A stretch of 62,892 nt of DNA, filler included, from Phoronis australis (Eukaryota; Animalia; Phoronida), in assembly GCA_002633005.1 (NCBI GenBank). It is 5 parts of 5 records of this genome, joined end to end, with 100 filler letters (N's around TTAATTAATTAA, not from the genome) between each part and the next. Parts side by side here need not be neighbours in the genome. Positions count along the whole stretch, not along the records: positions 8,908 to 20,000 come from NMRA01001716.1; positions 20,101 to 51,640 come from NMRA01000699.1; 3 more parts are not named here. One strand, written 5' to 3'. Under the pieces are notes generated by a model. It did no database searches. It was not told the origin of the DNA and saw nothing but the letters and a program-made list of their open reading frames with translations. Below, piece after piece: positions 12,491-25,680 of this stretch (position 1 is its first letter; every line of letters begins with the position of its first letter). Made by a program: the position numbers and the translations under genes.

Positions 12491-14236
12491 TTTTATGCGC
12501 CCACATATTTATATGTGGACGCATTATGCCGTCATCTCTGTCCGTCCGTCCGTCCGGGCGGCGTCCGTCCGGCGTCTGGCGTCCGCTGCTCTATCTCCAA
12601 AACCCTTTGACATACGTTCATGAAATTTGGCACATATATTCCATTCATGAATGGGACGGCATGTGCGAAGTTTCAGACGGATCCGACTACTGGTGTGCCC
12701 CCTAGTGGCAATTTTAGTTTTTTACGCTTACCTTTGTATCTTCAAAAGTCCTGAACGGATTTTCATGAAATTTGGTATGTAGGCACCTGTTAGTGAGATG
12801 ACGCTATCCTCCCATTTTCAGATGGATTCGACATAGTTTGCGCCACCTAGTGGCCATTTTTAGTGTTTTCGAGTCTGTTTTTGTGCGTCCACCCCTCTAT
12901 CAACCAAACCGCTCAAAGGATGATTGTGAAAATTGGCATGTATATGCTTACTATGTAGAGGACGGTTGACGATGATTTTCCGACGATTTCGACTACTGTG
13001 GCACCTCCTAGTGGCAGTNNNNNNNNNNNNNNNNNNNNNNNNNNNNNNNNNNNNNNNNNNNNNNNNNNNNNNNNNNNNNNNNNNNNNNNNNNNNNNNNNN
13101 NNNNNNNNNNNNNNNNNNNNNNNNNNNNNNNNNNNNNNNNNNNNNNNNNNNNNNNNNNNNNNNNNNNNNNNNNNNNNNNNNNNNNNNNNNNNNNNNNNNN
13201 NNNNNNNNNNNNNNNNNNNNNNNNNNNNNNNNNNNNNNNNNNNNNNNNNNNNNNNNNNNNNNNNNNNNNNNNNNNNNNNNNNNNNNNNNNNNNNNNNNNN
13301 NNNNNNNNNNNNNNNNNNNNNNNNNNNNNNNNNNNNNNNNNNNNNNNNNNNNNNNNNNNNNNNNNNNNNNNNNNNNNNNNNNNNNNNNNNNNNNNNNNNN
13401 NNNNNNNNNNNNNNNNNNNNNNNNNNNNNNNNNNNNNNNNNNNNNNNNNNNNNNNNNNNNNNNNNNNNNNNNNNNNNNNNNNNNNNNNNNNNNNNNNNNN
13501 NNNNNNNNNNNNNNNNNNNNNNNNNNNNNNNNNNNNNNNNNNNNNNNNNNNNNNNNNNNNNNNNNNNNNNNNNNNNNNNNNNNNNNNNNNNNNNNNNNNN
13601 NNNNNNNNNNNNNNNNNNNNNNNNNNNNNNNNNNNNNNNNNNNNNNNNNNNNNNNNNNNNNNNNNNNNNNNNNNNNNNNNNNNNNNNNNNNNNNNNNNNN
13701 NNNNNNNNNNNNNNNNNNNNNNNNNNNNNNNNNNNNNNNNNNNNNNNNNNNNNNNNNNNNNNNNNNNNNNNNNNNNNNNNNNNNNNNNNNNNNNNNNNNN
13801 NNNNNNNNNNNNNNNNNNNNNNNNNNNNNNNNNNNNNNNNNNNNNNNNNNNNNNNNNNNNNNNNNNNNNNNNNNNNNNTTCAGGTGTATACTTTGTGTTA
13901 CTTCGTGACTGTGAAGGAAAAGTTCCAAGTAGAAATTTGTTTCTGGCATTCTAATGCTGTGCTAATCTCGTATGTTGGTAAATTTGTTTTTAATTCTATG
14001 TTTCTGTGGTGCTTTAAGCAACTGGTGTATAGGATGTGCTTGTATTATGAAGATTACTCACATTTTGCCCCTAGCCTATTGAGGAGACAAGGACCATGCC
14101 TTTCCATTTTGCAAAGTACAACATACTACATATATGCCCTCTACTGGCCACTTTATGGTACCAATAAACAACCCTAGAAGGATACCGTATGCGGTGCAAT
14201 TGTGGGCGCATTTCAACGCTCTGCGTTGCTCTTGTT
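12491..14236 (+). mobile_element. Helentron-associated non-autonomous element (HINE/DINE-like), family 1, copy A (contains an N gap)
   Basis: 5' subterminal repeat and inverse atgcgcccac...gtggacgcat, then a (GTCC)n microsatellite and a central tandem array. 3' end is gtgggcgcat, hairpin caacgctctgcgttg, and ctcttgtt. Inserted in T-rich sequence. Confidence 0.75.
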
Positions 14237-14706
14237 TGTCATTGGTCATTCCAAGCCCTGTTGTAACATGAGAAGAAATGAGGAGTTGTTACTGCTTCAG
14301 ACGAGGCCCGTTGAAGCCACTGTAGATCTGCCGTCCATTCCATAACTGAGAAAAAATACCTTTTGATGTAGACCACTCACTGCTATGAAATTGGTCTCGA
14401 CTTTTTCGTTGGAGATGATTTCAGGACTTTGGAAGAACTGATTGATTTTTTTGGCTTGGAATAAGGCTTTGCAATTTGGCTTGTTGCGGCATGTCATTTT
14501 TTGTGCTGAGCATAATCTCAACCAAGAACATACTGTCAGTTTTTTGCAAACTCAGAAGTCACTTCTCTTCTAAGTAAGGAACAGTCGAGATCGATTTTTT
14601 CATGGATAGTGGTCTAATTGAAAAGTTCACTTCTTGGACGTAACTCTTGTTTATAGCTGCTTTAAGTTGCTTAATTAGTTTCAAATGATGCACATCCAGA
14701 ACGGAT

Positions 14707-17700
14707 TTTTTATGCCCCCTCATATTTGTATGTGGATGCATTATGCCGTCATCCCTGTCCAGTGTCCGCCATTTGCTGCTCTATCCAAAACCCTTTGATG
14801 TATGTTCATGAAATTATGCATGTGTTCCTTTCATGAATGGCACGGCATGAGCGCATTTTCAGACTGCCTCTGTCTATTGGTGTCTCCTAGTGACAATTTT
14901 AGTGTTTAACGTTTACCTCTGTATCTTCAAAAGTCCTTGACAGATGTTCATAAAATTTGGTATGTAGGCATCTACAGTGAGATGAAGATATCCTCTCGTT
15001 TTCAGCTGGATTTGAGTTATTTTGCGCCACATAGTTGCCATTTTTACTGTTTTTGAGTCTGTGTTTTGGCATCTGCCAAACCACTCTAAGGATGATTGTG
15101 AAAATTGGCATATATGTTCCTACTGTAAAGAGGATGGATGACGATGATTTTCGGACAATTTCAACTACTGTGGCCCTCCTAGTGAGTTTTTTACCTTCAT
15201 GGCAGTATCTCCTAAACCCTCGGCAGGATCTGTATTAAATTTGGCAAGTGTATTTATATGAAGTTGACAACAGGCGACGATGACATTTGGACGGTTCCAA
15301 CTACCGCTGTGTCCCCCTAGTGGCAATTTTTTCTGTTCTCTGTACCTTTGAAACACCTTGATGGATTTTTATGCGCCCATATATTTATATGTGGACGCAT
15401 TATGCCGTAATCTCCGTCCGTCCGTCCGTGCGGGCGGCGTCCGTCCGGCGTCCGGTGCTCTATCTCCAAAACCCTTTGACATATGTTCATGAAATTTGGC
15501 ACATATGTTCCATTCATGAATGGGACGGCATGTGCGAACTTTCGGACGGATCCGACTACCGGTGTGCCTCCTAGTGGCAATTTTAGTTTTTTACGCTTAC
15601 ATTTGTATCTTCAAAAGTCCTGAACGGATTTTCATGAAATTTGGTATGTAGGCACCTATTAGTGAGATGACGCTATCCTCCCGTTTTCAGATGGATTCGA
15701 CATAGTTTGCACCACCTAGTGGCCATTTTTAGTGTTTTCGAGTCCACCCCTCTATCAACCAAACCGCTCAAAGGATGATTGTGAAAATTGGCATGTATAT
15801 GTTTACTATGTAGAAGACGGTTGGCGATGATTTTCTGACGATTTCGACTCCTGTGGCGCCTCCTAGTGGCAGTTTTGTTTTTTTGCGCCTATGGCTGTAT
15901 CTCCTAAACCGTTCGCAGGATCTTTACGAAATTGTGTAAGTATATTTATATGATGAAAACAACAGAAGATGACGACTTTTGGATGGATCCGACTACTGGT
16001 GTGCCCCCTAGTGGCAATTTTATTTTTTACTTTTACCTTTGTATATTCAAAAGTCCTGAACGGATTTTCATGAAATTTGGTATGTAGGCACCTATTAGTG
16101 AGATGACGCTGTTCTCCCGTTTTCAGATGGATTCGACATAGTTTGCGCCACCTAGTGGCCATTTTTACTGTTTTCGAGACTTTTTGGCGTCCACCTCTCT
16201 ATCAACCAAACCGCTCAAAGGATGATTGTGAAAATTGGCATGTATGTGCTTACTATAAAGAGGACAGCTGACAATGATTTTCAGACAATTTGGACTACTG
16301 TGGCGCCTCCTAGTGGCAGTTTTTTTGCGCCTATGGCTGTATCTCCTAAACCGTTCGAAGGATCTTTACGAAATTTAATAAGTATATTTATATGATGTTA
16401 AAAGCAGACGATGATGACTTTTGCACGGATCCGCCTACCAGTGTGCCCCCTAGTGGCAATTTTATTTATTTACGTTTAGCTCTGTATCTTCACAAGTCCT
16501 TAACGGATTTTCATGAAATTTGGTATGTAGGCACCTATTAGTGCGATAACGCTATCCTCCCGTTTTCGGATGGATTCGACCTAGTTTGCGACACCCAGTG
16601 GCCATTTTTACTGTTTTTGTGTCTGTTTTTTGGCGTCCACCCCTCTATCAACCAAACCGCTCTAAGTATGATTGTGAAAATTGGCATGTATGTTCTTGCT
16701 ATGAATAGGACGGTTGACGCTGAATTTCCCATGAGTTTGATTACTGTGGCGCCTCCTAGTGGCAGTTTTTTTTTGCGCCCATGGCTGTATCTCCCAAACC
16801 GTTTACAGGATCTTTACTAAGTGTATTTATGTGATGTTGACAACGGACGATGACGACTTTAGGATGATTCTGACCAGCGGTATGCCTCTAGTGGCAATTT
16901 TAGTATTTTACATTGACCTCTGTATTTTCATAGGTCTTCAGGTGTGTACTTTGTGTTACTTCGTGACTATGAAGGAAAAGTTCCAAGTAGAAATTTGTTT
17001 CTGGCATTCTAATGCTGTGCTAATCTCGTATGTTGGTAAATTTGTTTTTAATTCTATGTTTCTGTGGTGCTTTAAGCAACTGATGTATAGGATGTGCTTG
17101 TATTATGAAGATCACTCACATTTTGTCCCTAGCCTATTGAAGAGACTATGACCATGCCTTTCCATTTTGCAAAGTACAACATACTACATATATGCCCTCT
17201 ACTGGCCACTTTATGGTACCAATAAACAACCCTAGAAGGATACTGTATACGGTGCCATTGTGGGCGCATTTCAACGCTCAGCGTTGCTCTTGTTATGAAA
17301 TTTGGTAGACAGGTTTCTATTAAAGGAATGATGACATGTTCCTGTTTTCGGATAGATTCAATGTATAGTGGCCCTTTTTATTATCGTGAAATTTTGCAAG
17401 TTGTTTTTCTGACGGGTTTGCCTACTCTGGCACCCCCTAGTGAGCATTTTGTATTTTTGCGTCCGCGGATGTGACAAAACATATGAAGTCGAGTTTCAGA
17501 TCCAGCTGATGATTGATATGCCCTCTAGTGGCAATTTATTTTTTGCGTTTTCCTGTGCATCTTCATAATTCATTGATGGATTTTTATGAAACGTGGCAAA
17601 TAGGTTCATATTAGATAGTGAACAAAGCTTTCCCTTTTTTGGACAAATTTGATGTATTGGGCACCACCCAGTGGTGATTTTCAAAAGTTTGTTTCTGTTT

Positions 17701-18145
17701 GTAGCATTCGCCTCTGTATCCATCAAATCACCCCAAGGATCAATGTGAAAATTGGCAGATGTGTTTCTGATCAGAAGGCCGCAGCTAACTTTGATATTGG
17801 GATGGGTTCGACTACTTTGGCATGTCCTATTTGCAGTTTCAGTTTTTCCGTCTGTGCCTGTGTCTGCTTAACCCTTTGCAAAATCTATTTTTTTAATTTG
17901 GCAGTATGTGTTCCTATGGAGTTGACGAAGGATTATGAGTTTCAGACGCATTGGATTATCGCTATAGTCCCTAGTGTCAATTTTATTGTTTACGTAGAAA
18001 TTTAGCAAACTACCTTCAGGAGACAACAGCACCTTCCTATTTTTGGACGCATTTGACGTATTCTGCGTCATCTAGTGGCCATTTTCTGACATTAATAAAG
18101 CGTTTCAGTCGTGGGTGCATTTCAACACTCTACGTTGCTCTTGTT
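14707..18145 (+). mobile_element. HINE family 1, older copy B, interrupted by copy C
   Basis: Diverged 5' end tttatgccccctcatatttgtatgtggatgcat. The array breaks at ~15366 (gatggatt) and resumes at 17295 (atgaaatttgg). 3' end gtgggtgcatttcaacactctacgttgctcttgtt at 18145. Confidence 0.7.
15367..17294 (+). mobile_element. HINE family 1, complete copy C nested in copy B
   Basis: Same termini as copy A. About 10 monomers of ~147 bp organised as ~440-bp trimers. The ~350-bp tail (16937-17294) is nearly identical to 13880-14236. Confidence 0.78.
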
Positions 18146-21100
18146 CTTTATGTGTTTTTTTCTTGGAATGTATGTAGCTCACATAATCTAGAGGTATCTA
18201 GAATGTGTAATCCGTTTTTCACTATGAGTTACTGTCCCCTGGTTATTTAAAATTTTCTGATAACTGCTGTTCTGTTGAATGATCATTCTATGTTACACCT
18301 TACATTTTATACTCGAATGACATCCAATTTACGCACATCAAATTACTCCCCCCGAGGATTACGATTTTTCGTCGAAATCATTAACAAAATGACGTTTTCA
18401 TGCTTTTTGGATTTTGCCAAGTGTCGCTTTGTTAGAGAATTTCATTTGTTTCTCAACTGATAATGCCTTTGCCTTTTTCAGTTTTTAGAAATGGTTCTCG
18501 ACACGACACTACTCACTAAGTGATATCACCAACAGAGAACTGGTGGACTTCATGTAAATGATGAATAGAGTCTGCGAATGCACTGAATAAGTTTGTATGA
18601 TGAACGCAAAAATCTCTGCCAAACTGTATGATCCGTACTATATGGGTGAGGAATGCTGACACACTGGATCATACCTTTCTTGTTTACAATGTTTCTATCA
18701 TGAGTCAGTTCTTTGTTAATCAATTAAGTCGGTTAAAAAATTGAAAAAATGCAATGCGCACTTGTTACTCTGACACGTGAAAATCACACATTTGTTCACT
18801 GATGAAAAATATACACGTTAATCAGTGGAAACCTGGCAATTATTTAGCCCTTTCAATCACTTCTTGTCGTTTTTCATATTATTGTTCAGGTACATATTCT
18901 AAACTTTTCACATGATTAAGTGGCGTATCTAGGTGTGGGGAGCAGACGACCGCAAGCAACACCCTGATAAGGGGTACTGCACCATCGGGAGAGGGCACCA
19001 CAAATAACCAGGTGTTGCAAAATATGGCGTCAATCATTTTGGGAGGCAGAGTTAACTTCCACCCCAGCTGGCTATAATTTTACCTGCACCTCTGGATTGT
19101 CCTGTAAAACATTCATAATGCTAGTACTCCACTCTAACTGCTTGACGTATACTGGCATTACCCTAACTGCATTTCCTCGATTCGATCTAAGGTCCTTGTC
19201 TCATCATCTTGAATGAAGTCCTCTCTACATTCTGAAGAATTCTGATACATGGGAGTAAAATTGAGTGGAAATAAAATAAACATTGGAAACTGTTAATGCA
19301 GTGATAGAACCCCATACCAGTGTGACATTGCTTGTTTTTGGCCAATTTTTACCAGTGTCTGCCCATCATCAGCCTGTTTCGTCAAAGTTTTAGGACAGGT
19401 GAGTCCGTTCTGAGTATGGGTTTGGTGAGACGGGGTCCAAAACGCGTTCATTTTTCAATGGTTGATACCGTTTTTCCCGTCGACATGCCATGATATTTGT
19501 AATAATTATTGTTCTATTAGTGACTGCCAATCCGTCCTCTAAGGAACGCATCTAAATGCACTTCAAAGTATACTGTCAAGCTTGTAATGGGGTCAAGATT
19601 CCATTAATGAACCTGGGGTATCAATTTTCCCAAGCTTTGCCCTCCTCTCACATCACCATCATTGTCGTTTTCTACCCCGCTGCTCGCCCCCACCCCTTCC
19701 ACCCATCTCTACCTTCCAACCACCACCATCACCTTTGTCCCCTGACTTTGCCATCATGGGTGATAGTGCATCAATACAATTCTCAACAGAGACCTAAGTT
19801 AAGGCAAAGTGCTTGAATGCAGGTGAAGATTTATTTCAAAATTAGCAATATTACGGTGGAAATCTTACCAAGCATGTTGATTATCTTGTTTAAACTTGCA
19901 GAAAACTGAATGATCTGCTACCCAGTTCAGGTGTTGCTTTACGCAAACAAATAGTGGCTTCAGCCAAAAATGGCTTGAACGATGTCTACTTTTAGTGCTG
20001 NNNNNNNNNNNNNNNNNNNNNNNNNNNNNNNNNNNNNNNNNNNNTTAATTAATTAANNNNNNNNNNNNNNNNNNNNNNNNNNNNNNNNNNNNNNNNNNNN
20101 GAGTTTACCGATTGTTTTTTAAAACCACTTAAAAATCAGTAGATTTTACTAATACACTTTTTTGTGCGTTTTCAGAAGATGTTTTCGAATTTAAATTTTC
20201 TTCCGACGGGACACAAAACATGATCCAGGGTTTGTTTATGCAATGTATCTGTTTGTCCCAGGCACTAGTAGGATCTAGAAGGCCAAAGGAAAAATCCGCA
20301 GACAAATGCGATACGCTGGGTTCTTAACATTTTTGCCTCACGTTCACCATTAAACTGCATTGAAATGTTGTCCAATTGGCTTTTATTGGAAACCACAGTG
20401 CAGAGCTCAACATCAAAACTTCAAATCGAGTTTATGTCAATAAAAACAGGCTGTTGCAATTTTCATTACTTCGTTGGCCTTTTTCTGCATGTTTCTCAGT
20501 TTTTACAAAAGGGGGCAGCATATGACGACCATAGGCGCCATTATAAAATGGCTGCCGAAAAACAGTGCACAGTTGAACAACTCGGCGTAAGTAAAAGAAA
20601 ACGTTTGAATCAACGAATACTATATATTTGTGAGAGTTAAATCAAGTCCTATTCAGATCATAACTATGAAGTGGAATAATTGGGTGAGTAAGACAACAAG
20701 CCGGTTTTATGCTTAGGCGGACGACTATAGGGCATCGGAGTATATATCAATGTTACCGTTCTCCAACGTTATCACGAACCCTGCTTCTTTCAATTCTTGT
20801 TTCTGGATTCAGAAATAACCCTGAACCATAGGGAAGAAGATATACAACGAAAACGAATCAAATTTTAAAAATCATAGCCTTCGTACGATTCCGTGTTAGT
20901 GTCGCCATACTGATGTTCCTTCCAACATCAATGTCGAAAATCGACGTCACAAGTGATGGAAACTTGTGTCCTTTGTTTCTAACTTTTAACCCATTTTTAA
21001 GAAAGGGGTGTACTGATTTTGTCTAACGTTGATAGAGCATAAGTTTTGGTTTTTACAATGCATTAATTGTGTTGAATGCATATATATTAGGTGGCTTCAT

Positions 21101-23426
21101 TCAGTTGAACAGAAAATAAATTAAATGTAACACAATAAAATTTTGAAAATAAATAGAACTGTAACAGGACTCCCTGAAAGTCGAGCTGTTTTCGAAAACT
21201 TGGCGCCTTTGGTGATCTGATTGGTTCATGCATTTACGGAGGGAAAATAATAGACCAAGTATCGTGCACGTGTTCACTGTAGCAACACTTTGTATCTTAT
21301 TCTTATTTGACCAATCTGTTGATACAGTAAATTTCCTTATTTATGCCCATCCTGATTTGACTGCAACTTGAGCTTGTAATGTTCTATCATATGTTGGGTT
21401 GGCATTGGGACCCACGCAGTGGCGGATCTAGGATATNNNNNNNNNNNNNNNNNNNNNNNNNNNNNNNNNNNNNNNNNNNNNNNNNNNNNNNNNNNNNNNN
21501 NNNNNNNNNNNNNNNNNNNNNNNNNNNNNNNNNNNNNNNNNNNNNNNNNNNNNNNNNNNNNNNNNNNNNNNNNNNNNNNNNNNNNNNNNNNNNNNNNNNN
21601 NNNNNNNNNNNNNNNNNNNNNNNNNNNNNNNNNNNNNNNNNNNNNNNNNNNNNNNNNNNNNNNNNNNNNNNNNNNNNNNNNNNNNNNNNNNNNNNNNNNN
21701 NNNNNNNNNNNNNNNNNNNNNNNNNNNNNNNNNNNNNNNNNNNNNNNNNNNNNNNNNNNNNNNNNNNNNNNNNNNNNNNNNNNNNNNNNNNNNNNNNNNN
21801 NNNNNNNNNNNNNNNNNNNNNNNNNNNNNNNNNNNNNNNNNNNNNNNNNNNNNNNNNNNNNNNNNNNNNNNNNNNNNNNNNNNNNNNNNNNNNNNNNNNN
21901 NNNNNNNNNNNNNNNNNNNNNNNNNNNNNNNNNNNNNNNNNNNNNNNNNNNNNNNNNNNNNNNNNNNNNNNNNNNNNNNNNNNNNNNNNNNNNNNNNNNC
22001 CCCCCCAACACTAAAACTGCACACATTTAAATCTTGTTTCATCCGTATAATTTTAATTACCGGGGGTAATACTAAACTCAACATTTCCCTACGCTCTTGC
22101 TGTTTTATTTTTTTTGCGGCAGAGGTGAAGTAAAGAAACAAAGTGGGTGATTATCATCACCAGAATTTCATCATTAGTATCTTTTGCCAGGTGCTCAAAT
22201 TTTCTGAGACTAGGGATTGTCAGATTTGTAAGGTAGAAGTATTTCGCAGGATTTCCTGGTCTGTGGCGTTATTTATACCGGACCAAAATTAAAGAACAGA
22301 CCTTTGTTTAAATCAGGAACTGCATGATACACATTTATTAGACGTGCGCAGGCATTGCACTGATCACTTAGAACCATTTTTATGGTTTATTAATATATAG
22401 TTAAACCAAGCTGAGGGACTTGAAACCTGATTCCAGGCAATTTTTGGCAGTGGGATTTTCTGAAAAATGCTCGTACAACTGTATGTTGACAACAAAGTTT
22501 GGTAGAAATGCACTAGAAACTCTGTCATAGGTTACAGATTCGTCAAAGAGCGTAAATTTGATGAATTCTAGCTTATGATTTCGCCTGTTTCGGAGACCAG
22601 GTTTCAACCACTTTTGGGCTATAATAAGCGCCCCTTCCTGAAACGGATTTTTCTAAGCGCCCTGGCCGCTTATTAGGGCGAACACGGTAATATTTCAGAA
22701 GGGCAATACTTAGTATCCTTTATGCACGGGACCCTTTTTGTTACATTAGGAGTGGGATTGGCTCATTATGTACCCTACAGGTTACATAGGACTTTACAAA
22801 GCTGGTTGAAGAATTTTGTTTTCGTTATAAACGTTCGTTTCAATGGCTTAAGTTTGGAAATGTTAGGACTTTTAAGTCCTAACATTTCCTTAAAAGGCGG
22901 AAATTTAAAAACCATTTGTCCACTTACAAAAATTTAACATTGAAGAATAAAAAAATCCATGTTTTCAAAGAACTTGGTTGCATTTTCATAGTCTACAGTC
23001 GAAAGATTTTGTGCGGCATATATTGTGTAACCTGCTGTTGAATTGCGAGATACATGTAGAGTTTGACTGGTCCAGTTGGTTATTTCTTATGTATTAATGT
23101 AATCTTTATTCGTGTTAAAGGTTTTACCTGCGTTTTATTTATTTGTACACGAATGTGCATTTGTTGAAATCGCTGATACAAATCCTGGCCAATTGTGCGC
23201 ATTCTGCTGAGACCAACCGTCTGATCAGGGACAGCGAAGAGTAATTTGATTAATTCGATCACTAGACTATGGGTGAAGTTCCTCGTAAGGACAGGAGTTC
23301 AATGAGTCACTGCCTTTGGAAGAAATTTAGCGGACAATTTTCGTCAAAACGGTTACCGGATAGTTTTCATCAAAACGGAGAAAAGGAAAATAGATTTGTG
23401 AGGGCGGGATTAAGTAGTAGAGCCTC

Positions 23427-23627
23427 TTAAAAACATTCATCTTCGAAGTGCCTTGAACAAATGTATAAAGTCTTATTGCTGAAACAACTGCCATTCACGT
23501 TGATACAAGAAGTACATGTAAGCTTTTCTTCCCACACCCGATTATGGGGTCTTCGGATGGTATGGAAGCTAATTCCTCTGCATTTCGGGTGTGTGGCCGA
23601 ACAACCGGCCACACAGTAGCCGACCAT
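23427..23627 (-). pseudogene. THAP zinc-finger ORF, probably a DNA-transposon relic
   Basis: M..YCVAGC...ISFH....W...YICSRHFEDECF matches the C2CH THAP signature. It stops right after the domain core and lacks the AVPT box. Confidence 0.7.
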
Positions 23628-25680
23628 GATTAGCAGACGACGTACCTGCTGGAAATTGCACCAGAAAATTTAGCCAGGTGTCGCCAGTGAATAATGACGT
23701 GAGGGCTTATGCGTAAGATCACAGATTTTGTCCATTGAAAGTATACGGAGTTGGCGGTCCATGTACTATAGTCTATGGTGACACCTTTTCTTAAAGTCCT
23801 TCTCTCACGCGTTGTTAACCCTTATTACATGGTTATAAGGATCCAAGAAGTACGTACCCCATAACTAATACACGATCCGTACTCGAAAACAGTTTAAATG
23901 AACGCGCCACTCACGATTCGCACCCGAAGAAACATCGCCATTTTGAACTTGCCGCGAACCCGGAAGTACAATTTATTCAGGAACCCCGGTCGAGAAAACG
24001 CCGTCAGTGCGACTGGAGCAGTGCCTGTACTGTTACCAGCCAGCAAACGGGGATAAAAAAAATCGACAGCGCGCCTTAATTTTGATAAAATCAAACTACA
24101 GACAATTTTATGGAATTTGCTGATGAAATGTGGCGAATAAATTTTGTCAGAAATTATTTTGCCAGACTCGGGACCGCAGCCTATCGGACCCGGTGCGGAT
24201 CGAGACAAGACACTCATGAACGGTAAAGGCATGCGGTTGCAAGCTGTTTTGTCGAAGTAAAATGGTCAAATGATAAATGCTGCATATATTCAAGGGTAGT
24301 TTCAGACACTTGCATGAAATTACGGGCTGGTTAGTCCTGTGTCACACTGCCGCGGCAGACCTTAGTTAGCCTCAGTCACCAGCTACCAGTGAAGACTATA
24401 GTCAAAATACAGCTTGTTAGTAGGCCTATACAGCTTTGCGCCAAGACTACCCTTAGGCCTAACTGGTCGCTGGCCACAAACACAAAAAACACGAAAATTG
24501 AACAAAGTTTCTTTTTTGTAGCAACGTTTGTCAAAATGTATCAACGTTAAATCTTCACAAATTACAAAGTAGCCGATTGAACATGCCTTTCAGTTCAGCA
24601 AAAGTCGACATTGTAGGTGCCGCCAGAAATGAGACGAAGTCCAACGGGAATTGTGAGCACATTTATCACTTAATGAGTAACAACTGCGAGGCTGAAATTT
24701 GGTGAACACTGCTAAATCGTGCAGAATAGTAAGTAAAGATATGTCTAACTAAATTTCACCGTAATTTGTTGGCGAAAACAATTTACACAAAGTTTTAAAC
24801 TCGTAACTCATCCCGCTGTCCTCCAATATGGCCGACGCGATCCAAACAAAGTGACCCAAATTTCGCCACAAAACTTGCAATAACTTTACAGTGCTTGCCC
24901 CGATTTTGATACTTTTTCGATTTTTACTGAGTAGAATGTACTACCTTTCCGATGATAGCAAAGTACTTTTTCAAAACGAGGAAAAAAATAAAACCGAAAA
25001 AAAATGGTTCGACCCATATTGGTTCCTAGGTTCGACCCGCCTACGTAAGGAACTAAACACCAATGCTATTTTAACATACTAAGTACGCGTAACATTCCAA
25101 AAAAAAATAACGACCACTAACTACAAACTATAAATACACTACATATGCAAACGAATCACGATATATTACTAATAAAACAAAATAATGAAGACTTTTCGAG
25201 CAAGCCATAGCACATTCAGTTACAAGGAAAAAATGGCGGCGTTCAGGACAAGTTCCTGAACTGATGAGCCGGAAATGTGGGTACGGAAATAACCGATGAC
25301 AACCGGTAATCATACGCTCAGAGAGAAGGGTCAAATACTGTTAAAAATCGCTTTTGGCAAGAAAGGCGAAAAGAATATAAAGAAAGGGTGTCGAAAATAA
25401 GAATTTATGTAGTAAGTATTTTCGGATACTAGAACCACATGGGCAGTTTGCAACAAGGACTTTAAGCTTGTCCAAACACTGTAAGTCAACGCTCAGATAA
25501 GGCCTCGCTTCTAGTTTTAAAGCGGTTGAGTGTATTATGAATTTGAAAAGTGAAAACCGAAATACCAGCATCTTTAAATAAACTGGACACCGACTAAATA
25601 TCTTGATTTTACTGACAAAATCACAGCAAGTGTTGCTTTATTGCATCTTGCATTTGCCTCATTTTGTACAGTATTACATC

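Noticed and set aside
12933-14177. Long ORFs (313-414 aa), and similar ones at 21337-22141
   Set aside because: They are open only because they run through N gaps.
15480-16900. CRISPR-like regularly spaced motifs
   Set aside because: The 'spacers' are homologous to each other (satellite monomers), the context is eukaryotic, and there are no cas genes.
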